The notes below the pieces were generated by a model. It worked only from the letters and a program-made list of their open reading frames with translations, was not told where the DNA came from and searched no databases. A stretch of DNA of 32,000 nucleotides, from NCBI RefSeq assembly GCF_025643275.1, contig NZ_CP089977.1:210001-242000 (forward strand), written 5' to 3'. The position numbers and the translations under genes are program-made. This document shows positions 15,808 to 24,892 of the stretch, one piece after another. Source of the DNA: Moraxella nasicaprae. Lineage in GTDB: Bacteria > Pseudomonadota > Gammaproteobacteria > Pseudomonadales > Moraxellaceae. Positions within the stretch are counted from its first letter, which is position 1, and each line of letters opens with the position of its first letter.

Positions 15808-16457
15808 TTTTTAAATCTAAGCCTATTCTGATTTTTAATAACTATCTTGTAACCAACCCCAGGTCCTGGATCTCCAAAACGAGTTTCGAAATTTCTTGGG
15901 ATATGTTTAATACCTGATTTTATATCAAAGTTGTATATATCATGAATCAATCTGTAATCTGCAATGTTTTGGCTATTTTTCTTTCTACTTACCACAACAT
16001 TACCCAATACTGCCCATTCTGAATAATTGGTAAATGCGATTCGAGCATCATTTATTTCTTCACCAGGTGCAGATTGATTACCCCTCCAATTATTCTCCTT
16101 TCCAGTAATAATAACATCCACATCTCTTTGTAAGGTCATATAAACGACAAGATTCTCATTTGTGTTTATTTGATAAATATAGTCCGCAAGAGTTTTATCC
16201 AAGACCAATTCGCCTGAATCTAACTTTTTTTGAATGTTATTTATATCATCTCCATAGATCTTGATAAGGTCTTTATATCGATTGGAATATGGTGTAAACT
16301 TATCATACACAGCATTCCACCTCACCACCTCCTCAGCCATTTGCACCGCCATATTCACATCTTCTTCTGCTAGGGCGGCTACTGTCCCTGCGATGAGTTT
16401 GGCTTGGTTGATGATAGAACATGATGATAAATAAAAACACCCCCTATCATAATACAA
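15804..16457 (-). CDS. Orphan polymorphic-toxin C-terminal cassette (PT-VENN-like junction plus toxin domain, possibly colicin-M-like)
   Basis: It has no ATG start (TTG only) and a stop lies immediately upstream. A GC-richer segment, AKLIAGTVAALAEEDVNMAVQMAEEVVRWNAV, resembles pre-toxin VENN regions. An AT-rich domain follows. Its C-terminus, HDIYNFDIKSGIKHIPRNFETRFGDPGPGVGYKIVIK, is alignable by eye with colicin M DKYDFNASTHRGIIGESLTRLGAMFSGKEYQILL. Confidence 0.5.
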   Translation of the reverse strand: MYYDRGCFYLSSCSIINQAKLIAGTVAALAEEDVNMAVQMAEEVVRWNAVYDKFTPYSNRYKDLIKIYGDDINNIQKKLDSGELVLDKTLADYIYQINTNENLVVYMTLQRDVDVIITGKENNWRGNQSAPGEEINDARIAFTNYSEWAVLGNVVVSRKKNSQNIADYRLIHDIYNFDIKSGIKHIPRNFETRFGDPGPGVGYKIVIKNQNRLRFKK

Positions 16458-16544
16458 AACTCATGCCATCGGTGGATTTTTACCACCCTAAAAAAGACTT
16501 TTTACTCATGCAGAAAAGCCTTTTGGCGTATGATGAAATCAAGT

Positions 16545-16582
16545 CAAAAAAACAACCCCCAAGTCATATCATAACTTGGGGG
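16545..16582 (-). terminator. Rho-independent terminator of the rpsF-rpsR-rplI operon
   Basis: Stem CCCCCAAGT (16556-16564) / ACTTGGGGG (16574-16582). On the minus strand it is followed by a T-run (A-run 16546-16552 on plus). Confidence 0.8.
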
Positions 16583-16603
16583 TCATCATCACATTAACAG
16601 TGA

Positions 16604-17080
16604 TTAAGCATCATCTTCATCAGCAGCAGGGGCATCTTCTGACAAGATGGTCACCAAAATGTCTGCTGAAATGTCGTGATGCAATTGGATAGTAACTTTG
16701 TACTCGCCAACTTGACGGAATGCACCTTCTGGCATTTTCACTTCTGAACGATCCACTGCTAAACCTGATTTGGTTAGGGCTTCTGCGATATCACGAGCAC
16801 CGATAGAACCAAATAGTTTGCCTTCATCGCCAGACTTAGCACGCATGATGACATTCACATCAGCTAGGCTGTCAGCACGGTTGCGAGCTGCTTCTAGTTC
16901 TTTGGCTTCTAGTGCTTCTAGTTCAGCACGACGAGCTTCAAACTTAGCAATATTCGCTTCGGTGGCTGGCAACGCTTTGCCTTGTGGGATTAGGTAGTTA
17001 CGACCATAACCAGCTTTTACATCAACCGTTTCACCAAGTTTACCAAGATTAACGACACGCTGTAATAGAATAACTTGCAT
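16604..17080 (-). CDS. rplI: 50S ribosomal protein L9 (with acidic C-terminal tail)
   Basis: [36 protein letters not shown] is the conserved L9 N-terminus. The protein is 158 aa and ends [11 protein letters not shown]. Confidence 0.95.
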   Translation of the reverse strand: MQVILLQRVVNLGKLGETVDVKAGYGRNYLIPQGKALPATEANIAKFEARRAELEALEAKELEAARNRADSLADVNVIMRAKSGDEGKLFGSIGARDIAEALTKSGLAVDRSEVKMPEGAFRQVGEYKVTIQLHHDISADILVTILSEDAPAADEDDA

Positions 17081-17096
17081 GATTTTTCTCCGTTAA

Positions 17097-17324
17097 TTAC
17101 TTGTGGTTGTCGGTATATGGCAATAGTGCCAAGTAACGAGCTTGTTTAATCGCTACTGCCAATTGGCGTTGATACTTGTTAGAAGTACCAGTAATACGGC
17201 TAGGAACGATTTTGCCATTTTCGCTGATGTATTGCTTTAATAGTTCTACATCTTTATAATCGATGTGTGTAATGCCTTCAGCGGTAAAACGGCAGAATTT
17301 ACGACGACGATAGAAACGTGCCAT
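17097..17324 (-). CDS. rpsR: 30S ribosomal protein S18
   Basis: [16 protein letters not shown]...[32 protein letters not shown] is a clear S18 sequence. Confidence 0.96.
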   Translation of the reverse strand: MARFYRRRKFCRFTAEGITHIDYKDVELLKQYISENGKIVPSRITGTSNKYQRQLAVAIKQARYLALLPYTDNHK

Positions 17325-17341
17325 GAGTTATCTCCTTAAAA

Positions 17342-17740
17342 TTATTCGCTGTCAGCGTCGCTTTCACTTTCAGTGCTGCGAACATCATTACGACGGTTGG
17401 CTTTACGATTGCGTTTGTCTTCCGCTTCTTTTGCCAATGGTGACTGCTCAGTGATAGCACCATCACGACGGATAACTAGGCTACGAATGATTGCATCGTT
17501 GTATTTGAACAACTCTTCTAGCTGAGCTAGGGTTGCTTCGTTACACTCGATGTTTAATAGCACATAATGTGCTTTGTGGATTTTGTTGATTGGGTAAGCC
17601 AATTGGCGACGACCCCAATCTTCCAAACGATGGTTTGCACCGCCATTTTCTTCTACGATAGAACGGTACTTAGTTACCATGTCGGCAACTTGGTTGCTTT
17701 GATCTGGATGAACCAGTAGCACCACTTCATAATGTCTCAT
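17342..17740 (-). CDS. rpsF: 30S ribosomal protein S6
   Basis: [18 protein letters not shown]...[24 protein letters not shown] with an acidic tail. No priB lies between rpsF and rpsR. Confidence 0.95.
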   Translation of the reverse strand: MRHYEVVLLVHPDQSNQVADMVTKYRSIVEENGGANHRLEDWGRRQLAYPINKIHKAHYVLLNIECNEATLAQLEELFKYNDAIIRSLVIRRDGAITEQSPLAKEAEDKRNRKANRRNDVRSTESESDADSE

Positions 17741-17843
17741 AAGGACTCCCTACGGATTAAAACAGCCACCCTTAGCATCAATCTAAGAATAGCAAGGAGA
17801 TTGCAAAGCAGATTGGCAAGCCAATCCATTTAACAAAGTCATC

Positions 17844-17872
17844 ATTATAAATGAAAAATCGCCACAAAGCAA
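17844..17872 (-). promoter_or_regulatory. Strong sigma70 promoter candidate for rpsF operon
   Basis: On the minus strand: TTGCTT (complement of 17867-17872), a 17-nt spacer, then consensus TATAAT (complement of 17844-17849). The predicted leader before the rpsF ATG is about 100 nt. Confidence 0.65.
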
Positions 17873-17920
17873 GCATTTTTTGCGATGTGGCGTGTAATAT
17901 GAATAAGGCGTATTTGATGG

Positions 17921-18412
17921 TTAGCTTAACTGTCCAGCCTTTTCTTCGGCAAGTCGGCGTTTTTCTTCCTGAATGCGTGCTGTTTCCGCTTCTTTGGCAG
18001 CAGTATTGGCAATCACACCACGAGCCAACTGCCAAATCGCACCCACGATAAGCAAGGCTGCAAATACCGCCAAGATTGGCACAAAAGCAGCAATTGCCCC
18101 AGCCCAATTTTTCATCAATAAACCATGAAATACTCCCAACATCGCAGGAGCAATTTCACCACTCTCGCCTGCTGCATGACCTGGTGCAAACATCACCGCA
18201 GCCAAAGCAACCCAGCTGATACCCTTGAACGGTCTGGGAATCAGACGCATGACCACCAGCCATAGCAGCAATACCAAGACGCAACAAACCACATACACAA
18301 TCAATGGCAACTGCCCTGCTGGTACACCATCGGTCAAATTCGCCCACCAGATAAAAAATCCAGCTAAATTCTCACTAATGCTATCTAGGGGCAGGTTGCT
18401 CAATATACTCAT
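17921..18412 (-). CDS. Hypothetical multi-pass inner-membrane protein, 163 aa
   Basis: ATG start, about four hydrophobic helices, and a charged coiled C-terminus (AAKEAETARIQEEKRRLAEEKAG). I do not recognise the family. Confidence 0.6.
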   Translation of the reverse strand: MSILSNLPLDSISENLAGFFIWWANLTDGVPAGQLPLIVYVVCCVLVLLLWLVVMRLIPRPFKGISWVALAAVMFAPGHAAGESGEIAPAMLGVFHGLLMKNWAGAIAAFVPILAVFAALLIVGAIWQLARGVIANTAAKEAETARIQEEKRRLAEEKAGQLS

Positions 18413-18505
18413 AAGTCTTCAATCGGCTAAAAATTATCGCCATTATAGCATATTTTTTCAAAAGACATCAAAAAATAAATCATCAGACCATCATCTTTGC
18501 CATGT

Positions 18506-18826
18506 CTAGTCGTATTTTTTATCCTGAGCCTCTTTGGCTTTGGCAAGAGCTTGGGCTGCCAAAATATCCGCAGGTGGTGCTTGTACATAATAGCCCTGCT
18601 CGGTTAATTTGGCACGCACCTCATTGATGTCCGCCCTTGCCAATTTGTCACGGCTTGCCAAATCCAAATGCATGACAAACTGCCCAAGTCCCAATTTTGC
18701 ACGCAGTGGCGACGGCAAAACGCCAAGCCAGTCTGTCAAAGTATCAGTGTCATCAGGATAATTTGGACGAGCGATATAGACATACCAATCTTCATTTTTT
18801 GGAAATTTATAAACATCACAATGCAT
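18506..18826 (-). CDS. ycgL: YcgL domain-containing protein
   Basis: From ATG 18826: MHCDVYKFPKNEDWYVYIARP...LTEQGYYVQAPP matches the YcgL pattern (M.C.IY.S......YLY ... EQGYYLQ.PP). The track start at 18835 is a GTG three codons upstream. Confidence 0.75.
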   Translation of the reverse strand: MHCDVYKFPKNEDWYVYIARPNYPDDTDTLTDWLGVLPSPLRAKLGLGQFVMHLDLASRDKLARADINEVRAKLTEQGYYVQAPPADILAAQALAKAKEAQDKKYD

Positions 18827-18918
18827 TAAAGTCACCTACTGTATTTACTTAAAAATGTTCATTTGTCTGGATAAAATTTTACCATCACAAATATTTTTGT
18901 AAAATTGTAAAATTTTAC

Positions 18919-18947
18919 TTGTAAATTGTAGCATTATTTTTCATAAT
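18919..18947 (+). promoter_or_regulatory. Sigma70 promoter candidate for the gcv operon, within TTGTAAA direct repeats
   Basis: TTGTAA (18919-18924), a 17-nt spacer, then CATAAT (18942-18947), about 15 nt before the riboswitch. The surrounding sequence TTGTAAAATTGTAAAATTTTACTTGTAAATTGTAG carries four TTGTA(A/G) copies. Confidence 0.5.
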
Positions 18948-18961
18948 ACGGTTGTTGATTT

Positions 18962-19200
18962 TTTCAGGAGAGTGTGCGAGTTGATGTTATTTTTTATCAT
19001 CGCACCACCGAAGGCGTAAACGCACGATTTGTGCATTCCCCATAATCGCTCAGGTAAAAGGACTGAAAAACATTCGATAATTCAATGAATTATCACAAAA
19101 ATCTGGAGAATGGCGGATTGGATTACGCCTACCGAAGGGAAGAAAATCATTATTTTAGTCGGTTAATGATTGAAAATCTCAGGTAACAGGACAGATGGGG
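18962..19200 (+). promoter_or_regulatory. Tandem glycine riboswitch (two aptamers)
   Basis: Aptamer 1: CAGGAGAG...CGCACCACCGAAGGCG...CTCAGGTAAAAGGACTG. Aptamer 2: CTGGAGAA...CGCCTACCGAAGGGAAG...CTCAGGTAACAGGACAGATGG. Both carry the conserved GGAGA / ACCGAAGG / CTCAGG-N-AGGAC cores and sit upstream of gcvT, the classic context. Confidence 0.85.
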
Positions 19201-19354
19201 TGCTTAAAAATACTCGATTGATTAACATTTAAGTTTTTCGTTTGCCCTAAGTCTAGTCAAAGGGTGGCAAAAAACCGTTCCATACTGCGACAAGCTTGGT
19301 ACGAACAGCTTTTAAACGAATTATTGTTTTTATGCACTTTTTAAGGAAAATCCA

Positions 19355-20455
19355 ATGTCTGAACTAAAACGCACCCCCCTATTTGATGCTCATACCGCTC
19401 ACAATGGCAAACTTGTGGATTTTGGCGGCTGGGAATTACCTGTCAATTATGGCTCACAAATCGCCGAACACGAAGCCGTGCGTACAGACGCAGGCATGTT
19501 TGATGTTTCGCATATGCTTGTTACCGATGTGACAGGCGATAACGCCAAAGCCTTTTTTCAAAAACTCATCGCCAACGATGTCGCCAAACTTAGCTTTATT
19601 GGCAAAGCGTTGTATTCGGCAATGCTCAACGACAATGGCGGTGTGATTGATGATTTGATCGTCTATCGTATGAACGAAGACGAGACCGCTTATCGTATTG
19701 TCTCAAACGGAGCAACCCGTGAAAAAGACACGGCTCATTTTGCCAAAGTCGGAGCAGAATTTGGCGTAACCTTAACCCCCCGTTATGAACTTGCGATGCT
19801 TGCCGTACAAGGCCCAAAGGCGGTTGAAAAATTATTGACCGTCAAACCTGACTGGGCGGAAAAAGTAAACGCCCTAAAACCCTTTGTTGGTGTGGATTTG
19901 GAGGGCGATTGGTTTGTCGCTCGTACAGGCTACACAGGCGAAGATGGTGTGGAAGTGATTTTGCCTGCCGATAAGGCTTGTGCGTTTTTTGATGAATTGG
20001 TAGGGGCAGGTGTTGCACCTTGCGGTCTTGGGGCAAGGGATACTTTGCGTATGGAAGCAGGTATGAATCTTTATGGCAACGATATGACCGATGAAGTTAG
20101 CCCACTTGAAGCAGGTATGGCGTGGACGGTGGATTTAAAAGACGAGAGCCGTGAATTTGTCGGTAAATCTGCCCTACTCGCCCTAAAATCAGCAGGGGTC
20201 AAAGCCAAACAAGTGGGGCTTTTATTAGAAAGCAAAGGCGTCATGCGTGCAGGCATGGAAGTGGTAACAGACAATGGCAACGGCATTACCACCAGCGGCG
20301 TATTCTCCCCAAGTCTTAATCAATCCATCGCCATTGCTCGTGTTCCTGCTGACTTTACAGGCGAGAGAGCCAAAGTGATTATGCGTGGCAAAGAAGTGGA
20401 AGTACGTGTGCTAAAATTGCCATTTGTGAGAAATGGGAAAAAGCAGTTTGATTAA
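19355..20455 (+). CDS. gcvT: Glycine cleavage system aminomethyltransferase (T protein)
   Basis: 366 aa. [53 protein letters not shown]... is typical GcvT. Confidence 0.95.
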   Translation: MSELKRTPLFDAHTAHNGKLVDFGGWELPVNYGSQIAEHEAVRTDAGMFDVSHMLVTDVTGDNAKAFFQKLIANDVAKLSFIGKALYSAMLNDNGGVIDDLIVYRMNEDETAYRIVSNGATREKDTAHFAKVGAEFGVTLTPRYELAMLAVQGPKAVEKLLTVKPDWAEKVNALKPFVGVDLEGDWFVARTGYTGEDGVEVILPADKACAFFDELVGAGVAPCGLGARDTLRMEAGMNLYGNDMTDEVSPLEAGMAWTVDLKDESREFVGKSALLALKSAGVKAKQVGLLLESKGVMRAGMEVVTDNGNGITTSGVFSPSLNQSIAIARVPADFTGERAKVIMRGKEVEVRVLKLPFVRNGKKQFD

Positions 20456-20479
20456 ATGAATAACATTAAAGGCAATCTT

Positions 20480-20959
20480 ATGAAATATAAATGGTGGATA
20501 ATAGCGTTTACTGCTATTCTCGTCAGCGTGTCAGCAAGTGTTGTTGCAATGACACCAAGTCACAAAAATTTAAAAAGCGAAAGTGAAACACTTGAACTTT
20601 GCCAAAATATAGCAGTTGCCTTTAATAATGATAAAATGGATTTTAAACCTATTGCTCCCATTGTAGAACCTTATTGGCGATTTGGCAAAGACCAACTAGA
20701 CTTAATGCAAAAACAAAGTGAATTAAGTGCAAAACAAGGTTTGGAAATATGGGGAAAGCCCTTAAATACAATTCATATAGATAGCGACAAAGCAGGAAAA
20801 GGTTATTTTTTGCGACACCGCTTTTTAATGAGACGAGAGCATACAGGTTTATTATTTCAATGCTTTTTCTATAAAACAGATAAAGACGATTGGCAATTTC
20901 ATACAATAAACTGGAACGACCAACCTTATCTATTTTTTGATAATAGAAGCACCAATTAG
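20480..20959 (+). CDS. Hypothetical exported or membrane-anchored protein inserted between gcvT and gcvH
   Basis: MKYKWWIIAFTAILVSVSASVVAM is a signal or anchor sequence. An alternative ATG at 20456 directly abuts the gcvT stop. The gene is visibly more AT-rich than the gcv genes, and I do not recognise the family. Confidence 0.55.
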   Translation: MKYKWWIIAFTAILVSVSASVVAMTPSHKNLKSESETLELCQNIAVAFNNDKMDFKPIAPIVEPYWRFGKDQLDLMQKQSELSAKQGLEIWGKPLNTIHIDSDKAGKGYFLRHRFLMRREHTGLLFQCFFYKTDKDDWQFHTINWNDQPYLFFDNRSTN

Positions 20960-20996
20960 TTATATTTTTAACCCCAACCCTAGCTAGGAGTTTTTT

Positions 20997-21377
20997 ATGA
21001 GTAATATCCCAAGCGATTTAAAATATGTTGCCAGCCACGAATGGCTAAAACTTGAAGATGACGGTATCATCACCGTTGGTATCACTGACCACGCCCAAGA
21101 TTTGCTTGGCGATGTGGTCTTTGTGGAATTGCCAGAAGTCGGTCGCACCGTATCTGCTGACGAAGAGATTGCCGTTGTTGAAAGCGTCAAGGCAGCCTCT
21201 GATGTCTATGCCCCAATCGCAGGCGAAATCGTTGAAATCAACGAAGAGCTGGTGGACAGCCCAGAGCTTGCCAATGAAGACCCTTATGGCAAAGCGTGGT
21301 TCTTTAAAATCAAGCCAGAAAATGCGTCTGACTATGACGGCTTGATGAGTGCTGATGAGTACGAGGGTAGTTTGTAA
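20997..21377 (+). CDS. gcvH: Glycine cleavage system H protein (lipoyl carrier)
   Basis: 126 aa. [11 protein letters not shown]...[23 protein letters not shown] contains the lipoyl-lysine motif ESVKAAS. Confidence 0.96.
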   Translation: MSNIPSDLKYVASHEWLKLEDDGIITVGITDHAQDLLGDVVFVELPEVGRTVSADEEIAVVESVKAASDVYAPIAGEIVEINEELVDSPELANEDPYGKAWFFKIKPENASDYDGLMSADEYEGSL

Positions 21378-21435
21378 TCTGACAAAAAATAGCGTAGGTT
21401 TGTGGTAAATTTACGCTATTTTTACAAAAAATAAA

Positions 21436-21939
21436 ATGGACCCAAAAGTTTTACAGCATTTTATCAAAAAACACTTTGCCAATATCAATGCCGAAGATTT
21501 TGTTAAAATTTACTATCGCAATGCGGACGATGTAACCTGCCGTATCTTAGTTTTGGATAAAGACAAAAATATTATCCAAGATGAAATTTGTGAATACAAT
21601 TCAAATGGAAAGCATATTGCTGATATTGTATTTGCACCAGACCACACCACCATTATTGGTATGCGTCAATATACAGAAAATGGTTTTAAAGACTTTCGTA
21701 GAATTGACAACAAATTAGCTTTAATGCAAACCCAAACAAACGAATGGCTTGAACCAGACAAAAAAGCAAAGGTAAGTTTTTATAATGCAAATGGCGATTT
21801 AGTTTATTATGATATTTTTGAGAAAGATGATGATTGCGGTATGGTCATTATGGGTTCTTTTGACAAAAATGGCACACAATTTTTTTGGGACAATTCGCCT
21901 GATGAAGTAAAATTGTTGCAAAGTTATTCTGATTACTAA
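21436..21939 (+). CDS. Hypothetical protein with repeated Y-x-x-NG motifs (MORN-variant / YwqK-like?) inserted between gcvH and gcvP
   Basis: 167 aa and AT-rich. It has four spaced motifs: EYNSNGKH, QYTENGFK, FYNANGDL and FDKNGTQF. These resemble the MORN-repeat-variant antitoxin/immunity family. The assignment is from memory only. Confidence 0.5.
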   Translation: MDPKVLQHFIKKHFANINAEDFVKIYYRNADDVTCRILVLDKDKNIIQDEICEYNSNGKHIADIVFAPDHTTIIGMRQYTENGFKDFRRIDNKLALMQTQTNEWLEPDKKAKVSFYNANGDLVYYDIFEKDDDCGMVIMGSFDKNGTQFFWDNSPDEVKLLQSYSDY

Positions 21940-21960
21940 TTTTTTATCTAAGGACAAAAT

Positions 21961-24828
21961 ATGAGTTTTAATACTTTCTCCGACCTATTTTACGAAAACG
22001 CTTTCGTACACCGTCATCTGGGCAATGACCAATCTGCCCAAGACAAAATGCTAAAAACCGTTGGGGCAAATAGCCTTGATGAGTTTGTGGACAGCGTGGT
22101 GCCGTCATCGGTGCGTTTAAATAAAGATTTGGACTTACCGCCTGCGATGAGTGAGCATAACGCCCTAGCCAAACTTCGTCAAATGGCGGACAACATCACC
22201 GTTGCCAAAAGCTATATCGGACAAGGCTACTCGCCCACTCGCTTACCTGCGGTCATACAGCGTAATGTGCTAGAAAATCCCGGTTGGTACACCGCCTACA
22301 CGCCTTATCAAGCCGAAATTGCCCAAGGGCGTTTGGAAGCCTTGCTTAATTTTCAGCAAGTGTGCATTGACCTAACCGGAATGGACTTAGCAGGGGCAAG
22401 CCTTTTGGACGAAGGCACAGCAGCAGCTGAGGCAATGGCAATGGCACAGCGGTGCAGTAAATCCAAATCCAGTCAGTTCTTTGTGGACAGTCGCACCTAT
22501 CCGCAGACCCTTGATGTCATCAACACTCGTGCCAAATATTTTGGCTTTGAGGTCGTGGTCGGCGACTTTGACACCGCCAAAACTGGCGAGTATTTTGGGG
22601 CGTATTTTCAATATGTCGGTAAAGATGGCGATGTTGCCGACTTGACCGAAGTTATCAATGCCGTTAAAGCCAAAGGGGCGTATGCCATTGTCGGGGCGGA
22701 CATTATGAGCCTTGTGCTACTTAAATCCCCTGCCGATATGGGAGCGGACATTGCCTTGGGTAGCACTCAGCGTTTTGGCATTCCAATGGGCTTTGGTGGC
22801 CCGCACGCAGCCTACTTTGCCTTTAAAGACAAGGACAAACGCCAAGCCCCTGGACGTATTATCGGTGTCAGTAAAGACGCACAAGGTGGCACGGCTCTTA
22901 GAATGGCACTACAAACTCGTGAACAGCATATCCGCCGTGAAAAGGCAAATTCTAACATTTGTACTTCACAAGTGCTACTTGCCAACCTAGCAGGTATGTA
23001 TGCCGTCTATCACGGTGCAGAAGGCTTAAAGCGTATCGCCAGTCGTATTCACGCTTTGGCGGTGGCGTTCGCTAAATCATTTGAAAAAGCACCACAATTA
23101 GGTATAAAAGTTGTTCATAATGTATTTTTTGATACAGTTTTAATCAAATTTGATAATGATGAGATTGCAGACCAAACATTTGAACAAGCCAAGTCAAAAG
23201 GTTACAATCTTTATAGACACGATGCGTTTCGCATTTCAGTTTCATTTCACGAATTAAGTGATGAGACTGATTTTAAAGAATTGTGTGAAATTTTTAGAAC
23301 TATTGGTTCTTTGGATAAAGTGGAAAATGTTTTGGGCGACTTAAACCGCACCGATGAGATTTTAACACACCCAACCTTTAACAGCTATCACACCGAACAT
23401 CAGATGTTACGCTACCTTAAATCTTTGGAAGACAAAGATTTGGCGATGAACCGCTCAATGATTTCGCTGGGTTCTTGCACAATGAAACTAAACGCCACCA
23501 GCGAGATGTTGCCGATTACTTGGAATGAGTTTGCAAATGTACACCCATTTGCCCCAAGTGAAGACACCAAAGGCTATATTGAGATGATTAAAAGCCTACA
23601 AGAGCAGTTAAAAGCAATCACAGGCTTTGACGAAATTTCAATGCAACCAAACTCTGGGGCAAGCGGTGAATACGCAGGACTTCTTGCCATTCGCCGTTAT
23701 CACGAAAGCCGAAATGATAATGACCGCACGGTCTGCCTAATCCCCCGCTCGGCACACGGCACCAACCCTGCGACCGCTCAGATGATGGGAATGCAAGTGG
23801 TGGTGGTTGCCACAGACGAGCTTGGCAATGTGGACATTGACGATTTAAAAGCCAAATGTGAACAGCATAGCGATAAACTTGGGGCGTTGATGATTACTTA
23901 TCCGTCCACGCACGGCGTGTTTGAAGAAGGTATCAGAGACATTTGCGACCTTATCCACAAACACGGTGGACAGGTGTATATGGACGGAGCGAATATGAAC
24001 GCCCAAGTCGCCCTAATGCGTCCTGCTGATGTGGGGGCGGATGTTTTGCATATGAATTTACACAAGACATTTTGCATTCCACACGGTGGTGGCGGGCCGG
24101 GTATGGGTCCGATTGGCTTAAAGTCGCACCTTGCCCCATTCATCGCAAGCCATACGGTCAATCCTGTATTTAATGCTCAATCTGGTCAAGGGGCGGTATC
24201 GTCCGCCCCCTATGGCTCGGCAAGCATTTTGCCAATCTCGTGGATGTACATCACGATGATGGGGCGTGATGGTTTGCTTTCTGCGACCAAGCAGGCTCTT
24301 TTGAACGCCAACTATGTGGCAACCAGCTTGAAAGATGACTATCCTGTGCTATACACAGGCAAAAACGGACGAGTGGCACACGAGTGTATCATTGACATTC
24401 GCCCCCTAAAAGAAGAAACAGGCATCACAGAGACCGACATTGCCAAGCGTTTGATGGATTATGGTTTTCACGCACCGACAATGAGTTTCCCTGTGGCTGG
24501 TACGCTGATGATTGAGCCAACCGAGTCTGAAAGCATTGATGAGCTTGACCGCTTTATTTCTGCCTTAAAACAAATCAAACAAGAAGCGTTAAAGGTCAAA
24601 GCAGGGGCGGACGGTTGGACAGCCGATAACAACCCGCTGGTAAACGCTCCGCACACCCAAAGCGTGATTGTGGGCGAGTGGGACAGACCGTATAGCCGTG
24701 AAGTTGGGGCGTTCCCCTTGCCTTATGTCAAGGCTCATAAGTTTTGGCCTTCGGTTGGGCGAGTGGACGATGTCTATGGCGATAAGAATTTGATTTGTTC
24801 TTGTCCTAGTATTGATAATTATGAGTAA
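21961..24828 (+). CDS. gcvP: Glycine dehydrogenase (decarboxylating), P protein
   Basis: 955 aa. It contains the PLP-lysine context [18 protein letters not shown] and the conserved YTPYQAEI(A/S)QGRLE. Confidence 0.97.
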   Translation: MSFNTFSDLFYENAFVHRHLGNDQSAQDKMLKTVGANSLDEFVDSVVPSSVRLNKDLDLPPAMSEHNALAKLRQMADNITVAKSYIGQGYSPTRLPAVIQRNVLENPGWYTAYTPYQAEIAQGRLEALLNFQQVCIDLTGMDLAGASLLDEGTAAAEAMAMAQRCSKSKSSQFFVDSRTYPQTLDVINTRAKYFGFEVVVGDFDTAKTGEYFGAYFQYVGKDGDVADLTEVINAVKAKGAYAIVGADIMSLVLLKSPADMGADIALGSTQRFGIPMGFGGPHAAYFAFKDKDKRQAPGRIIGVSKDAQGGTALRMALQTREQHIRREKANSNICTSQVLLANLAGMYAVYHGAEGLKRIASRIHALAVAFAKSFEKAPQLGIKVVHNVFFDTVLIKFDNDEIADQTFEQAKSKGYNLYRHDAFRISVSFHELSDETDFKELCEIFRTIGSLDKVENVLGDLNRTDEILTHPTFNSYHTEHQMLRYLKSLEDKDLAMNRSMISLGSCTMKLNATSEMLPITWNEFANVHPFAPSEDTKGYIEMIKSLQEQLKAITGFDEISMQPNSGASGEYAGLLAIRRYHESRNDNDRTVCLIPRSAHGTNPATAQMMGMQVVVVATDELGNVDIDDLKAKCEQHSDKLGALMITYPSTHGVFEEGIRDICDLIHKHGGQVYMDGANMNAQVALMRPADVGADVLHMNLHKTFCIPHGGGGPGMGPIGLKSHLAPFIASHTVNPVFNAQSGQGAVSSAPYGSASILPISWMYITMMGRDGLLSATKQALLNANYVATSLKDDYPVLYTGKNGRVAHECIIDIRPLKEETGITETDIAKRLMDYGFHAPTMSFPVAGTLMIEPTESESIDELDRFISALKQIKQEALKVKAGADGWTADNNPLVNAPHTQSVIVGEWDRPYSREVGAFPLPYVKAHKFWPSVGRVDDVYGDKNLICSCPSIDNYE

Positions 24829-24856
24829 GCGTTACTTGTGATTTGAAATAAAAAAA

Positions 24857-24891
24857 TGCCGTCAATTTGTAAGGGTTGGCGGTGTTTTTTA
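24857..24891 (+). terminator. Rho-independent terminator after gcvP
   Basis: Stem CCGTCAA (24859-24865) / TTGGCGG (24876-24882), with one G-U pair, is followed by T6 (24885-24890). Confidence 0.6.
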
Positions 24892-24892
24892 T

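Noticed and set aside
17778-18347. Track ORFs 17778-18107, 17851-18051 and 18156-18347
   Set aside because: They overlap the 163-aa membrane-protein gene or the rpsF promoter region in other frames. They are Cys/Arg-rich nonsense typical of off-frame translation.
19626-24656. Antisense and alternate-frame ORFs within gcvT, gcvH and gcvP (for example 19626-19817, 20071-20292, 21052-21345, 22387-22611, 23898-24161)
   Set aside because: They are embedded in strongly supported conserved genes and have no independent signals.
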